A stretch of DNA of 64,000 nucleotides from Pseudomonadota bacterium (GCA_021835845.1 JAKBJU010000007.1:9559-73558), one strand, 5' to 3'. Shown: positions 21,555 to 32,721, counted from the first letter of the stretch. Notes: a model not told the origin generated them from the letters alone. Numbers and translations: made by a program.

Positions 21555-22475
21555 ATGAAGCTTCAGCAATTGCGCTATCTCTGCGAAATCGTGCGCCAGG
21601 ACCTTAACGTTTCCGATGCGGCGGGCTCGCTTTTCACTTCCCAGCCCGGAATCAGCAAGCAGATCAGGCTGCTCGAAGAAGAGCTCGGCATCGATGTTTT
21701 CGTGCGCAACGGCAAGCGCCTGGTTGCGGTGACCGAGCCCGGGCAAGCTGTGGTCTCGATCGCTCAGCGCATGCTGCAGGATGCGGAGAATCTGAAGCGG
21801 GTCGGTGAAGAATTCGGCGATCAGATCACGGGAAGCCTCAGGCTTGCCACGACGCATACCCAGGCGCGCTATGTACTGCCGGCCGTAGTGCAGAAGTTCA
21901 TCGCGCTCTATCCCGGGGTCACGCTCAACCTGCATCAGGGAAGCCCGATGCAGATCGCCGAAATGGTGCGATCGGGAGAAGTGGACATCGGGATCGCAAC
22001 CGAGGCGATAGAGCTTTTCGAGGATCTCGTGATGCTGCCGTGCTACGAGTGGAACAGGTGCGTGGTGACGCCGCCCGGGCATCCGCTATTGAAATGCAGG
22101 CCGCTCAGGATCGATGACATTGCGCAATATCCGATCATCACCTACGATTTCGCTTTCACCGGGCGCTCCAAGATCAACAAGGCCTTCGAGGCGAAGGGGC
22201 TGAGCCCGAATGTCGTCCTCACCGCGATCGACTCTGACGTCATCAAGACTTATGTGGAAATGGGACTCGGTGTGGGAGTGCTGGCGAAAATGGCTTTCGA
22301 TCCGAATCGCGATCGCGATCTCAGGGCGATCGACGCATCGCATCTTTTCGAACCCAGCATGACGAGAATCGCAATCCGGAAAAACAGCTACCTGCGGGGA
22401 TACATGTACGACTTCATCAGCCTTTTCGCCCCGCACCTGGATCGAAAGCAAATCGAATCCAGAATGGGCAGCTAG
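21555..22475 (+). CDS. cysB: CysB/Cbl-family LysR regulator
   Basis: MKLQQLRY, LFTSQPGISKQI, ATTHTQARY, DSDVIKTYV. Confidence 0.94.
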   Translation: MKLQQLRYLCEIVRQDLNVSDAAGSLFTSQPGISKQIRLLEEELGIDVFVRNGKRLVAVTEPGQAVVSIAQRMLQDAENLKRVGEEFGDQITGSLRLATTHTQARYVLPAVVQKFIALYPGVTLNLHQGSPMQIAEMVRSGEVDIGIATEAIELFEDLVMLPCYEWNRCVVTPPGHPLLKCRPLRIDDIAQYPIITYDFAFTGRSKINKAFEAKGLSPNVVLTAIDSDVIKTYVEMGLGVGVLAKMAFDPNRDRDLRAIDASHLFEPSMTRIAIRKNSYLRGYMYDFISLFAPHLDRKQIESRMGS

Positions 22476-22490
22476 GGCCTGTTACAGGCC

Positions 22491-24428
22491 CTAGTCCAAA
22501 GGGCATTCCCAGAAATATTTTCCGTTGCCCAGGGGAAGTCGATCTTCAGGCAGCCCCGGCGCGAGCAGCCTGGTTCTCAATTCCTTGTGCGGGAGGTCGA
22601 AAAGCGTTACAGGCTCGGCATGCCTTTTCCAGATCATCGTATCCTTGGCGACGCTGTCGATGGCGCAGGATATTCCATTCGAGGCTTCCTTTCCCTCCTG
22701 CTCCATCGAAGCGATTTCCTCTTCGAGCGCCTTCTGCTCCTCCTGAAGGGCCCGGATTTCCGAGCCGACGGAGGAAATGGCTTTCAGCTCGGGAGCGATC
22801 CTAGCCCCGAGCCTCTGCCAGTTGGCCTTCTGTTCGTCCGTCAGAACAATCTCCTTCCTTTGGACTTTTCCCGCAATGAGAAGATAGCTCCTGACTTCCT
22901 GCTGTCCTGCAATGGCGGCGCTCTTCTTGCGCCTTTCCTCGATTTTCAGCCCGATCTCGGCGATCCGTTTTCCGATTTCGGCGGCTCTGGCTTTGAATCC
23001 GGACAAATCCGGGAGCAGCACCGACACCACAGTCTGGGTATCCCTGAGGGAGTGGGCGATCTTGATGCGAATTTCCTTTCCGGCCACGGCGCATCCTTCC
23101 GCTATCTCGATTTCGATGGCCACGCCCACAATGGTGCAGTTTTTTGCAGATTCGACAACCACGCGTTCACCCACGATCAGGGAGTTCTCGGCGCGCTTGA
23201 TGGAAACCGTGCCATGCCTGGCGTGAACCTGCGCATTCGATGTCAAGCCTTCCACGGTGATGTCGCCATCATGATTCGTCGCCGAACCGCCGCCAAGATT
23301 ATGCTTCAGCAGCACTTTCCCGCCTGAGGAGACGACTTTTCCGTAAACATCCGCCATCACGGTGATGTTTTTTCCCTCGATGACCCGGTTTTCCTGGACT
23401 TCCCCATGCTCCTCGAAATGCTCCCCGTCAAGCGAGATGTCGCCAGTCGTCTTCATGCTGACGCCGGTATAATTGACGATCTTTTCCATGACAGCGATTC
23501 GATTTGTCGCGTTATCGATGTTGAGGAACCCGCTCATGCTGGCGACGATGAATTCGCCGTCGGCAGTGGTCTCGATACGCGTTCCCTCGCCAGCCAAAGC
23601 CGAAAGATCGAAATCTTCGGGCAAAGGGGCCTCGATCGGCTTTCCGTTGAGATCCATGCCCGGAGTTCCCAGGACGCGCGGAGACTTTCTCAGCAAGCGC
23701 TCGCCTTCCCTGATCTGCGGAAATCGGTTGCTGAATTGCTTCAGGTCGAATCTTCCATCGCTCAATTTCCGAGGAGAGTTGTCCCTGCGAAGCTTGTTCG
23801 TTTCTTCCTTGAGGCTGGAATCCTGTCCATCATTGGGAGGAAGGGCTCTGGCGATGGTGAATCTGCCTGTTTTGCCGCTTGCGATGATTGACTTCACGGT
23901 ATCGGCATCGATGCCATAGCGGACACCCTTCATCCACATGGCAGCGACGAATTCGTCGAAGGATAGCGCATCCTTTACCGTGACGGTCCGCTGCTCGACG
24001 CCGACGATTTCCTGCACCCCGTCCGCATTCTCGGCATGGAGGGGTTCCTCTACCGTCTTGTCGACCATGATCAGTTCGAACAGATACTCCGCCTTCCCTG
24101 AAGAAATCCGCGCATCCCTGTAAAATTTCAGCCTTTCGGGAGGGAAAGCCACGATATTGGAAGCGAAGCGCATCCTTCCGGATCGCTTCACCTCGGCAGG
24201 ATTCTTCGCGGCGATCATCTCCGGAGTATATTCACTGAGCAGTTCGAGAAATGTCTTGTAGTCGATCTCGGAAAAGAAGTACCCGGTCGAAAATACGCGC
24301 TCGACAAAAAGCGAAAACTGCTCGGAAGATTCGAGGTTCGCGAGGTCGACAAAGACCCCATCGCCAGTCTTGACGATGAAGCTGGAGGCGCCGAATTCGT
24401 TGAAATTGTCTGGCTGATCGCTCTGCAT
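22491..24428 (-). CDS. FapA/DUF342 family protein
   Basis: GVRYGID, VNYTGVSMKTTGDI, beta-helix-like repeats followed by a coiled coil. Confidence 0.8.
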   Translation of the reverse strand: MQSDQPDNFNEFGASSFIVKTGDGVFVDLANLESSEQFSLFVERVFSTGYFFSEIDYKTFLELLSEYTPEMIAAKNPAEVKRSGRMRFASNIVAFPPERLKFYRDARISSGKAEYLFELIMVDKTVEEPLHAENADGVQEIVGVEQRTVTVKDALSFDEFVAAMWMKGVRYGIDADTVKSIIASGKTGRFTIARALPPNDGQDSSLKEETNKLRRDNSPRKLSDGRFDLKQFSNRFPQIREGERLLRKSPRVLGTPGMDLNGKPIEAPLPEDFDLSALAGEGTRIETTADGEFIVASMSGFLNIDNATNRIAVMEKIVNYTGVSMKTTGDISLDGEHFEEHGEVQENRVIEGKNITVMADVYGKVVSSGGKVLLKHNLGGGSATNHDGDITVEGLTSNAQVHARHGTVSIKRAENSLIVGERVVVESAKNCTIVGVAIEIEIAEGCAVAGKEIRIKIAHSLRDTQTVVSVLLPDLSGFKARAAEIGKRIAEIGLKIEERRKKSAAIAGQQEVRSYLLIAGKVQRKEIVLTDEQKANWQRLGARIAPELKAISSVGSEIRALQEEQKALEEEIASMEQEGKEASNGISCAIDSVAKDTMIWKRHAEPVTLFDLPHKELRTRLLAPGLPEDRLPLGNGKYFWECPLD

Positions 24429-24488
24429 GGGATTTCTGTTTCTATGCCACAGGGCAGTTTAGACTTTTTCCAACCCGTTGACAATGAA

Positions 24489-25322
24489 TCAGAATCTGTT
24501 CACCTCAAGATTGTCGATGAGGCGCGTTTTCCCCAGCCATGCAGCGCCCAGGACAACCAGTCTTTTTTCGGAAAGGCCGGGCTTTCCCAGGCTTTCCGCT
24601 TCCCTGGCTTCCAGATAGTCGACCTTCCAGCCGCGACTTGCAAGATCCTGCCGCGCTTCCGACTCGAGTCTCCGGAAATCCCTATCTCCGGCAGCCAGGG
24701 CTCGCGCCACCTGCTCGAGGTTGTAGTGCAGCCGCGGCGCTTCCAGGCGCTCCGCCTCGGTCAGGTAGCGGTTTCTCGAACTCATGGCGAGCCCGTCCGC
24801 CTCGCGCACCGTTTCTCCAGCGACGATGGCTATGGGAAGATCGAACTGGGAAACCATTTTCCTGACAAGATGGAGCTGCTGGCAGTCCTTCTTGCCGAAC
24901 ACCGCATAATGAGGCTGGACGATGTTGAAGAGCTTGAGGACGACCGTGGCCATGCCGCGGAAATGTCCCGGGCGACTGGCGCCGCAAAGCTCTTCGGCGA
25001 TCGGCGGCAGGTTCACCGTCACTTCCTGGAAAACGGGATAGAGCTCCGCTTCTTCAGGAGCGAACAGGACATCGACCCCGGCCTTCCCGAGCTTTTCGCA
25101 GTCCTCGCCGAAGGTACGGGGATAGCGATCGAAATCCTCGCCCTGTCCGAACTGGAGCCGATTGACGAACAGGCTTGCGACGACGCACCCGGCATGCTCT
25201 CTGGCGATGCGCATGAGCTCAAGATGCCCCTGATGCAGATTCCCCATCGTCGGCACGAATGCGACGCCGGCCTCGCCCTTCAGCCTTGCGCGCAGGGCGG
25301 AAATGGTCCGCAGCACTTCCAT
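24489..25322 (-). CDS. panC: Pantoate--beta-alanine ligase
   Basis: FVPTMGNLHQGH, RPGHFRG, GLAMSSRN, RLIDN. Confidence 0.97.
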   Translation of the reverse strand: MEVLRTISALRARLKGEAGVAFVPTMGNLHQGHLELMRIAREHAGCVVASLFVNRLQFGQGEDFDRYPRTFGEDCEKLGKAGVDVLFAPEEAELYPVFQEVTVNLPPIAEELCGASRPGHFRGMATVVLKLFNIVQPHYAVFGKKDCQQLHLVRKMVSQFDLPIAIVAGETVREADGLAMSSRNRYLTEAERLEAPRLHYNLEQVARALAAGDRDFRRLESEARQDLASRGWKVDYLEAREAESLGKPGLSEKRLVVLGAAWLGKTRLIDNLEVNRF

Positions 25323-26113
25323 CAGAAAGTATGCTCGGGACCGGGAAAAACGCCGCTTTTCACTTCATCGACGTAGCGCCTGACCGCATCCCCGATGTCG
25401 CTCGCGCCAGCCATGAAGTTCTTCACGAATTTCGCCTGCTTGCCGGGATAAATTCCGAGCATGTCATAGAGCACCAGAACCTGGCCGGAACAGGCGCTTC
25501 CCGCGCCTATCCCTATGGTGGGGATCGAGATGCTCTCCGTGATCTCCTCCGCGAGTTCTCCGGGAATCGCTTCCAGCAGCAGCATCGCTGCGCCCGCCTG
25601 TTCGAGCGCAGCCGCCTCCCCGAGAAGGCGCTTCGCCTCTTCCTCCGTTTTCCCCTGAACCCTGTAGCCGCCGAGGCGATGCACGGACTGCGGCATGAGT
25701 CCGATATGGGCGCAAACCGGGATGCCGCGCTCGGACAAGAAGCGCACCGTGTCGGACATCGCCAGCCCCCCCTCGATCTTAACCATGTGGGCGCCTGCGG
25801 AAAGCAGCATCGCGGCATGCGAAAAAGCTTTTTGCGCATTTTCCTGATAGCTGCCGAAAGGCATGTCGGCCATGACGAAGGCGGATTTCGAAGACTGCGC
25901 AACGCATTTCGTGTGGTAAGCCATGTCTTCCATGGAAACGGACAGGGTCGTCTCCTTCCCCTGAATCACCATGCCCAAAGAATCCCCGACCAAGAGGAGA
26001 TCCACGCCCGCCCCCTCGAGGAGAGCCGCAAAGCTCGCATCGTAGCAGGTCAGCGCCGCGATGGGGATGCCTTCCTCGCGCATCCTGAGCAGCGAAGCGA
26101 GCGTTTGCATCAT
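25322..26113 (-). CDS. panB: 3-methyl-2-oxobutanoate hydroxymethyltransferase
   Basis: LLVGDSLGM, ADMPFGSY, KIEGG, HIGLMPQ. Confidence 0.97.
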   Translation of the reverse strand: MMQTLASLLRMREEGIPIAALTCYDASFAALLEGAGVDLLLVGDSLGMVIQGKETTLSVSMEDMAYHTKCVAQSSKSAFVMADMPFGSYQENAQKAFSHAAMLLSAGAHMVKIEGGLAMSDTVRFLSERGIPVCAHIGLMPQSVHRLGGYRVQGKTEEEAKRLLGEAAALEQAGAAMLLLEAIPGELAEEITESISIPTIGIGAGSACSGQVLVLYDMLGIYPGKQAKFVKNFMAGASDIGDAVRRYVDEVKSGVFPGPEHTF

Positions 26114-26757
26114 GCCCCCCTGCTGAAGAATTCCCGACCGCCGCGCATACGATCGATGCGCTCCAGAAGAAGATCGAAGTCGTGGCTTTCTTCGATGAAG
26201 TTGAAGTTGTCGCTGTTGACCATGAAAACCGGTGCCGCATCGTAATGCAGGAAGAACCGGCTGTAGCCCTCGACCAGCCTGCTCAGGTAATCTTCGGTGA
26301 TTCCCTTTTCATAGGCCACACCGCGCCGCCTGACCCGCTCGATCAGCTTGTCGGGGGAGGCCTGCAGATAAATCACGAGATCGGGAACCGGCACCTGGGG
26401 CTGCAAATGCCGGTACATCTGCTGATAAAGATGGAATTCGTCGTCGCTCAGGGTCAGCCTTGCGAATAGCGGATCCTTGTCGATCAGAAAATCGGTCACC
26501 GTCGCCCTGCTGAACATGTCGGGCTGAATCAGCTCCTGCAGATCCTGGATGCGCTGGAACAGGAAGAACATCTGGACCGGAAGCGCGAAGCGCTGGGGGT
26601 CGTCGTAAAATCTCGCCAGGAAGGGGTTCCTTTCCGGCTTTTCCAGAAGAAGCCGAGAATGATCGCCGAAATGGGCGGCGAGACGCCTCGCCAGGCTCGT
26701 CTTGCCGACGCCTATCGGCCCCTCGACTGCGATATAGCTGTATTTTTCGAAAAGCAT
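26110..26757 (-). CDS. Deoxynucleoside kinase family protein
   Basis: EGPIGVGKT P-loop, PDLVIYL. Usual folK-dnk-panB context. Confidence 0.92.
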   Translation of the reverse strand: MLFEKYSYIAVEGPIGVGKTSLARRLAAHFGDHSRLLLEKPERNPFLARFYDDPQRFALPVQMFFLFQRIQDLQELIQPDMFSRATVTDFLIDKDPLFARLTLSDDEFHLYQQMYRHLQPQVPVPDLVIYLQASPDKLIERVRRRGVAYEKGITEDYLSRLVEGYSRFFLHYDAAPVFMVNSDNFNFIEESHDFDLLLERIDRMRGGREFFSRGA

Positions 26758-26760
26758 GCG

Positions 26761-27249
26761 CTACTCCGTCATTTTCTGCAGCATTTGGCCGGACAATGCA
26801 GGCAGCAAATCCTGCGCCCTGCCGAGCCCCGGAATCTTGCAATCCGGCTCGATCTCGAGAAGCGGGCACAACACGAACCTGCGCTCGTGCATGCGGGGAT
26901 GCGGAATGGTCAGATGGGGCCCGGACAAGACGAGGTCATTATACAACAGGATGTCGAGATCGAGCGTCCTGGGCGCATTCTGCGCCGTGCGCACCCTGCC
27001 GCGGGAAAGCTCGATGGCAAGCAGCGCATCGAGCAGGGCATGGGGCTCGAGCCCAGTCTCGACCAAGACAACCGCATTGACATAATCCGGCTGGGCGATA
27101 GCGGAGATCGGGGTGCTGAGATAGAGGCTGGAGCGGGCAAGGAGCCGCGTCCTGGGCATGCGCGAGAGTTCATCGAACGCTGCGGTCAGCTGTGCCTTCG
27201 GTTCGGAGAGATTGCTTCCGAGGGCGATGTACGCCCGGTTCCGGGTCAT
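26761..27249 (-). CDS. folK: 2-amino-4-hydroxy-6-hydroxymethyldihydropteridine diphosphokinase
   Basis: ALGSNL, PRTLDLDIL, PHPRMHERRFVL. Confidence 0.96.
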   Translation of the reverse strand: MTRNRAYIALGSNLSEPKAQLTAAFDELSRMPRTRLLARSSLYLSTPISAIAQPDYVNAVVLVETGLEPHALLDALLAIELSRGRVRTAQNAPRTLDLDILLYNDLVLSGPHLTIPHPRMHERRFVLCPLLEIEPDCKIPGLGRAQDLLPALSGQMLQKMTE

Positions 27250-27250
27250 G

Positions 27251-28579
27251 TCAGGTCGCCGCAGGCGCCGCCTTGGGTCGGCGCCTGCGGCGGCGCTTCG
27301 GCGCCTCGTCGGCAAGCAGCAGCCCTTCCCGCGCTTCGCTCGATGCAGCCTGAAAATCCTCCCACCATTTCCCGACTGCGGCATCGACTTCGCCGCTCTG
27401 ACAGCGCAGCACCAGGAAATCGTATCCCGCGCGAAACCTGGGGTGCTCCAGCAGCAGATACGGCCTGCGCCCCGAACGCTGCAGAAAGCGCGGCTGCAGG
27501 CTCCATATCTCCTTCATGGTGGCGGTATATCTTCTCGGAATGGCAAGCTTCTCCTGCTGCATTCCGAGCACATGATCCATCGCATCGAAAAGCGCGGGAA
27601 CCGGCCTCTCCCCCTTCTCCTGGGCGGCCTTCCATGCCACGAGCACCTCGTGCCAGAGCAGGGAGGCGAACAGGAACGCGGGGGAAACCGGCTTTGCCTC
27701 GGCCACCCTCTCGTCGGTATTCCTGAGGGCGGCCATGACGAAGCGCTCGCCCATCGGCTGCTCCAGAATGACGTCCAGCATGGGCAGCAATCCGTGATGC
27801 AGTCCGGCCCGCCGCAATTCCAGGATGCACGGCACAGAATGCCCGGACATCAGGAGCTTCAGCATTTCTTCGAAAAGCCTCGCCTCCGGAACATGCTGCA
27901 GCAGTTCTCCCAGGGTTTCGATGGGCGCTTCGGTTTTCCGGTCGAGCTTCATCCCGAGCTTGGCGGCGAAGCGCACTGCGCGCAGCATGCGCACCGGATC
28001 TTCCCTGTAGCGGGTCGCAGGATCCCCGATCATCCTGAGCCTGGACTCCCTGACATCGGCATAGCCGCCGTGGTAATCCCAGATCTCCTCCGTGGAAGGA
28101 TCGTAGAACAGCGCATTGACCGTGAAATCCCGCCTTTGCGCATCTTCTTCCATGTTGCCGAAAACATTGTCAGCAAGCACCCTTCCGTGAGCATCGGTCC
28201 TTCCCTCGCCCGCTTCCTCGTTCTCGTCGGAAGCATGCGATCGCCTGAAAGTCGAAACCTCGATCACTTCCGCCCCGCACATCACGTGAACCAGCCTGAA
28301 GCGCCTGCCTATGATTCTGGAGCGCCTGAAGATCGCCCTGACCTGGTCGGGATCGGCATCGGTCGCCACATCGAAATCCTTGGGTTTCCTGCCCAGCAGC
28401 AAATCCCTGACGGCGCCGCCCACGACAAATGCCGAAAAGCCCGCTTCCTGCAAACTCGATGTCACTTTTCTCGCGCAGGAACTCACGCTTTCGCGACGGA
28501 TGCCGTGTTTTTTCAGGGGAATGACGACCGGGCCGTTTTTCGGCTTTTCGAAAACCCGTTGGATGAATTTGCGGATCAT
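27251..28579 (-). CDS. pcnB: Poly(A) polymerase I
   Basis: VGGAVRD, KDFDVAT, IGRRFRLVHV, RRDFTVN, EDPVRMLR. Confidence 0.96.
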   Translation of the reverse strand: MIRKFIQRVFEKPKNGPVVIPLKKHGIRRESVSSCARKVTSSLQEAGFSAFVVGGAVRDLLLGRKPKDFDVATDADPDQVRAIFRRSRIIGRRFRLVHVMCGAEVIEVSTFRRSHASDENEEAGEGRTDAHGRVLADNVFGNMEEDAQRRDFTVNALFYDPSTEEIWDYHGGYADVRESRLRMIGDPATRYREDPVRMLRAVRFAAKLGMKLDRKTEAPIETLGELLQHVPEARLFEEMLKLLMSGHSVPCILELRRAGLHHGLLPMLDVILEQPMGERFVMAALRNTDERVAEAKPVSPAFLFASLLWHEVLVAWKAAQEKGERPVPALFDAMDHVLGMQQEKLAIPRRYTATMKEIWSLQPRFLQRSGRRPYLLLEHPRFRAGYDFLVLRCQSGEVDAAVGKWWEDFQAASSEAREGLLLADEAPKRRRRRRPKAAPAAT

Positions 28580-28615
28580 TGCACCGGAGCAGGAGAGAAA
28601 TTGATCATCCGCGGA

Positions 28616-29287
28616 TTATAACGGAAAACCCTCTCGCAAGCTGATGATTTGCCATCCCATTCTCTCGGCGTGGCTCTTTAGCGTAGGATCCGGATCGACG
28701 GCGACAGGATGACTCACCTCCTGAAGCAGGGGAAGATCGTTGAGCGAGTCGCTGTAGAACCAGCTCGATTCGAAATCGGAAAGTCTCTGCCCGCGCGATG
28801 TTAGCCAATGCTTCAGGCGAGTGACCTTGCCTTCCCTGAAACAGGGGGTGCCAGAAGGATTCCCGGTAAATTCCCCGCCTACAATTTCGGGCTCGGTGGC
28901 GAGCAGGTGCCTTATCCCGAATGCCGATGCGATGGGCCCGGTGACGAAGCTGTTCGTCGCGGTGACTATGGCGCAAAGGTCTTCCCTGTGGCGCTCGATC
29001 AGCCTGAACGCGGATTCCTGCATCATGGGCCTGACCTTCGCCTCCATGAATTCGGCATGCCAGAGATCGAGCTCGCTCCTGGCATGCCTGGACAAGGGTT
29101 TGAGCTGGAAAGCGAGAAATTCGCGGATGTCGAGCGTGCCGGACTTGTAGTCTTCGTAGAACTGCCTGTTCCTGGCCTCAAACACTTCCCGGTCGAGCAC
29201 GCCCTTTTCCATCAGGAACTGGGCCCACTCGAAATCGCTGTCCCCTTTCAGCAGGGTATTATCGAGGTCGAACAGGGCTAGGCGCAT
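28616..29287 (-). CDS. HAD-IB family hydrolase
   Basis: FDLDNTL, YSDSLNDLPLL. Confidence 0.92.
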   Translation of the reverse strand: MRLALFDLDNTLLKGDSDFEWAQFLMEKGVLDREVFEARNRQFYEDYKSGTLDIREFLAFQLKPLSRHARSELDLWHAEFMEAKVRPMMQESAFRLIERHREDLCAIVTATNSFVTGPIASAFGIRHLLATEPEIVGGEFTGNPSGTPCFREGKVTRLKHWLTSRGQRLSDFESSWFYSDSLNDLPLLQEVSHPVAVDPDPTLKSHAERMGWQIISLREGFPL

Positions 29288-29949
29288 TTCATTCTCTCCA
29301 TGATTTCTTTCAGCAGGGGAATCGTTATCGGGCGCCTGTTTTCGAGCGAATAATCGTCGAGCGCATCGAGCATCGCAACCAGCGTCGGCAGGTCGCGCCG
29401 GACATGATGCATCAAATAATTGACCACTTCCGCAGACAGGTCGAAGCCGCGCGCCCTGGCGTGGGACTGCAGCGCCTCGCGCTTTTCATCGTCCACCAGG
29501 GCATGGACCTGGTAGACGAGGCCCCAACCGAGGCGGGTGGCGAGATCGGGGCGCAAGCCTATCCGGAGAGGCGGCGCATTCCCGCTCGCAAGCAGCCCCC
29601 CTCCCTTCTCGCGCAGGCTGTTGTAGAGATGGAAAAGCCCGATCTGTCCTTCCTCTCCCAGATTTTGCACATCGTCCACGGCGACGAAATCGGCTTCGAC
29701 ATCGAAGCCCGTATCCGCTTCGCAAGAGATATATGCGGATTTCAGCCCTGCATCCGATGCTTCATTGCAGCATGCCGCAAGCAGATGACTCTTGCCGCTG
29801 CCTTCCTCTCCCCAGAGATAGACCATGCGTTCCCTTACCCTGCCGCCCAGGAGATCGCGCAGCATCTGCAGCATTTCCGTATTGGAGCCGGTGACGAAAT
29901 TCGAAAGGGTGGGATTGCCGGAGGAGAGGCCCAGAAGCAGTTGTTTCAT
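29278..29949 (-). CDS. hda: DnaA regulatory inactivator Hda
   Basis: N-terminal clamp-binding QLLL, GSGKSHLL, DLATRLGWG. Confidence 0.94.
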   Translation of the reverse strand: MKQLLLGLSSGNPTLSNFVTGSNTEMLQMLRDLLGGRVRERMVYLWGEEGSGKSHLLAACCNEASDAGLKSAYISCEADTGFDVEADFVAVDDVQNLGEEGQIGLFHLYNSLREKGGGLLASGNAPPLRIGLRPDLATRLGWGLVYQVHALVDDEKREALQSHARARGFDLSAEVVNYLMHHVRRDLPTLVAMLDALDDYSLENRRPITIPLLKEIMERMKCA

Positions 29950-30054
29950 TCAGCGCTTGACATTCATTTGCGGTAAAATCGGCAATAACTTGCAAAAATC
30001 GTATTCTAGCAGCACTGCCAGTGCATCCATGACACTTTTTCGAAGAGAACGACA

Positions 30055-31092
30055 GTGAACCCAGACTCCCTTTCCTACAAAGACGCCGGCGTGGACATCG
30101 ACGCGGGCGACAGGCTGATCGAGAACATCAAGCCGCATGCCAGAAAAACCCTGAGAGAAGGCGTTCTGGGCGGCATAGGCGGTTTCGGTGCGCTGTTCGA
30201 AATTTCGAAGAAATACCGGGAGCCCGTGCTGGTGTCCGGGACCGACGGCGTGGGCACCAAGCTGAAATTGGCCTTCATGCTCGGCAAGCACGACACGGTC
30301 GGAATAGACCTCGTCGCGATGAGCGTCAACGACATCCTGGTGCAGGGCGCGGAGCCGCTTTTCTTTCTCGATTATTTCGCCTGCGGCAAACTGGATGTGG
30401 GCATCGCCACGGACGTGATCCGCGGCATCGCCAAGGGTTGCGAACAGGCGGGATGCGCCCTGATCGGCGGAGAAACGGCGGAAATGCCCGGAATGTACCC
30501 GACAGGGGAATACGATCTCGCCGGATTCGCAGTGGGCGCCGTCGAAAAATCGAAGATCATAGACGGCAGCAGCATTCGCGAAGGCGATATCGTGCTGGGG
30601 CTCGCATCAAGCGGGGCGCATTCCAACGGCTACTCCCTGATCCGCAAGATCATCGAGCGCGACAATGCCGATCTTTCCGCAGTATTGCCCGGGGAATCCC
30701 GCCCCCTATCCGAAGTCGTCATGGCGCCCACCCGGATCTATGTCAAGTCCATGCTGGCGCTTTTCGAGAAATTCCCGCCCAAGGGGCTCGCCCACATCAC
30801 TGGAGGCGGCCTGCTCGAAAACATTCCGCGCATCCTCCCGGAAAACCTGACTGCCGCCCTGCAAAAATCCTGGCCCATGCCTCCGCTTTTTTCATGGCTG
30901 CAGGAAAAAGGCAACGTTCAAGACTCCGAAATGCACCGGGTATTCAACTGCGGAATCGGCATGGCCGTGGTGATTTCTCCCGAAAATGCCGAAGCATCGA
31001 TCAGGCTGCTGCAAGATGCAGGGGAATCCGTCTGGACAATAGGCGAGATCCGCAACCGCAGGCCTGGGCAGGCGCAGACCTTCGTCGAATGA
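30055..31092 (+). CDS. purM: Phosphoribosylformylglycinamidine cyclo-ligase
   Basis: [30 protein letters not shown]. Confidence 0.97.
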   Translation: MNPDSLSYKDAGVDIDAGDRLIENIKPHARKTLREGVLGGIGGFGALFEISKKYREPVLVSGTDGVGTKLKLAFMLGKHDTVGIDLVAMSVNDILVQGAEPLFFLDYFACGKLDVGIATDVIRGIAKGCEQAGCALIGGETAEMPGMYPTGEYDLAGFAVGAVEKSKIIDGSSIREGDIVLGLASSGAHSNGYSLIRKIIERDNADLSAVLPGESRPLSEVVMAPTRIYVKSMLALFEKFPPKGLAHITGGGLLENIPRILPENLTAALQKSWPMPPLFSWLQEKGNVQDSEMHRVFNCGIGMAVVISPENAEASIRLLQDAGESVWTIGEIRNRRPGQAQTFVE

Positions 31093-31727
31093 AGCGCATC
31101 GTCATCCTGATCTCGGGAAGGGGGAGCAACATGCTGTCCATCCTGGATGCCAATCTCCCTGTGGAAGTGGCCGCAGTCATCAGCAACAGAAGGGATGCTG
31201 CGGGACTCGCTTCGGCCCATGCGCGCGGGATAAAGACCCTTGCGGTGGAACACCGGGACTATGCTTCGCGCGAAGCATTCGATGCTGCGCTTGCCGAAAA
31301 AATAGACGAGCTCTCCCCGGATTACGTCATCCTCGCAGGCTTCATGCGCATTCTGGGAAACGATTTCGTGAGACGCTACGCGGGGCGCCTCCTCAACATC
31401 CACCCCTCCCTGCTTCCCGCCTTTCCCGGAATGGCGACCCACAGAAGGGCGCTGGAAGAAGGCGTCAAGATCCACGGCTGCACCGTCCATTTCGTCACGG
31501 AAAAGCTCGATCATGGCGCGATCGTGATCCAGGCCGCAGTTCCGGTGCTGGAAACCGATACGGAAGAGACGCTCGCCACGCGCGTTCTGAAGCAGGAGCA
31601 CAGAATCTATCCCGAAGCGATACGCTGGCTCGCTGCAGGCAGACTGAAAGTCGAGGGCAACAGGGTATGCATCGGCATCCCCGGGACCCCGAAGGGAACC
31701 CTGATTTCGCCGGAAATGTCGCGTTGA
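31089..31727 (+). CDS. purN: Phosphoribosylglycinamide formyltransferase
   Basis: [27 protein letters not shown] at 31089 overlaps the purM stop. Confidence 0.96.
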   Translation: MKRIVILISGRGSNMLSILDANLPVEVAAVISNRRDAAGLASAHARGIKTLAVEHRDYASREAFDAALAEKIDELSPDYVILAGFMRILGNDFVRRYAGRLLNIHPSLLPAFPGMATHRRALEEGVKIHGCTVHFVTEKLDHGAIVIQAAVPVLETDTEETLATRVLKQEHRIYPEAIRWLAAGRLKVEGNRVCIGIPGTPKGTLISPEMSR

Positions 31728-31731
31728 TTCG

Positions 31732-32721
31732 ATGAACCGCATCTGGAAAACCCTGCTGGTTTCCCTGCTGGTTTCCCTGCTGATTCACCTTCTGCTGCTG
31801 GGCCTTTTCCCCAGGACCACCTGGCCCGATTTCGGAAAACCATCCATCGTTCTGGATACCCGACTCGTCCCCCCGAAAAAACCGATCCACTTCAAGCCGA
31901 TCGTCCCGCCAAGACCCAAGGCTAGAAAGTCCGCAACAGCTGCCGCAAACAGCGCATCCGCTGGTTCGCCGCAACCCGTGAGTCTACCCAGGCCGGAGAG
32001 CGCCCCGCTGCCCGCAAGCATGCCAGTGCCTGAGAGCGCGCCCCAGGCGGCAAGCGCCCCGCAGCCCGAGCAGGAGGCCGGGGTGCCGAATCACGCCGTC
32101 CTGACTTTCAATGTATTCAGGGGCACCGTGCCCGTGGGAGTCGCAACCCATACCTGGGACATCATGGGCGATGGGCGCTATGCGATCACGAACAGGGTCG
32201 AAGCGGCAGGCATATTCGCCCTGTTCGTCAAGGGCGCCATGATCCAGACAAGCGAAGGCCGGGTCACCGAAAACGGACTCCAGCCGGAGCACTACACGAT
32301 CACCCGGGGAGGCGCGCAGAACCGGCAGGAAGCGCATTTCGACTGGAAAGCCATGAAGCTCGAACTCGTCGCCAACGGGACTTCCCGGGAAGCGAAGCTG
32401 GAGCCCCTGACCCAGGACCAGCTGAGTTTTCTCTACCAGTTCGCCTACACGCCCCCGAAGGCAGGCATTTTCAGCTTCCATTCGACTGATGGCCGGAAGA
32501 TCGATGTCTACGATTACCAAATCATCGGGGAGGAAACCGTTCTCGCAGGGACAAAAAAAATCAGGACGCTGCATCTGAAAAAATTGCACGATGCCGGAGT
32601 GGAAGGCACCGAGATATGGCTCGACGAAGACCATTACTACTGGCCGGTAGAAGTGCTGATGACGGACAGGAACGGCGACACGATGAGGCAGATGATCTCG
32701 AAAATCGAGGAAAACCGATGA
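31732..32721 (+). CDS. DUF3108-type membrane-anchored protein with Pro-rich linker
   Basis: N-terminal TM, Pro/Ala linker, QTSEG..GLQPEHY, QDQLS..YQ, TEIWL. Commonly found after purN. Confidence 0.8.
   Translation: MNRIWKTLLVSLLVSLLIHLLLLGLFPRTTWPDFGKPSIVLDTRLVPPKKPIHFKPIVPPRPKARKSATAAANSASAGSPQPVSLPRPESAPLPASMPVPESAPQAASAPQPEQEAGVPNHAVLTFNVFRGTVPVGVATHTWDIMGDGRYAITNRVEAAGIFALFVKGAMIQTSEGRVTENGLQPEHYTITRGGAQNRQEAHFDWKAMKLELVANGTSREAKLEPLTQDQLSFLYQFAYTPPKAGIFSFHSTDGRKIDVYDYQIIGEETVLAGTKKIRTLHLKKLHDAGVEGTEIWLDEDHYYWPVEVLMTDRNGDTMRQMISKIEENR
31751..31785 (+). repeat. 12-bp tandem repeat (CCCTGCTGGTTT x~3) in the N-terminal TM
   Basis: Directly visible; encodes LLVS-LLVS-LLI. Confidence 0.85.
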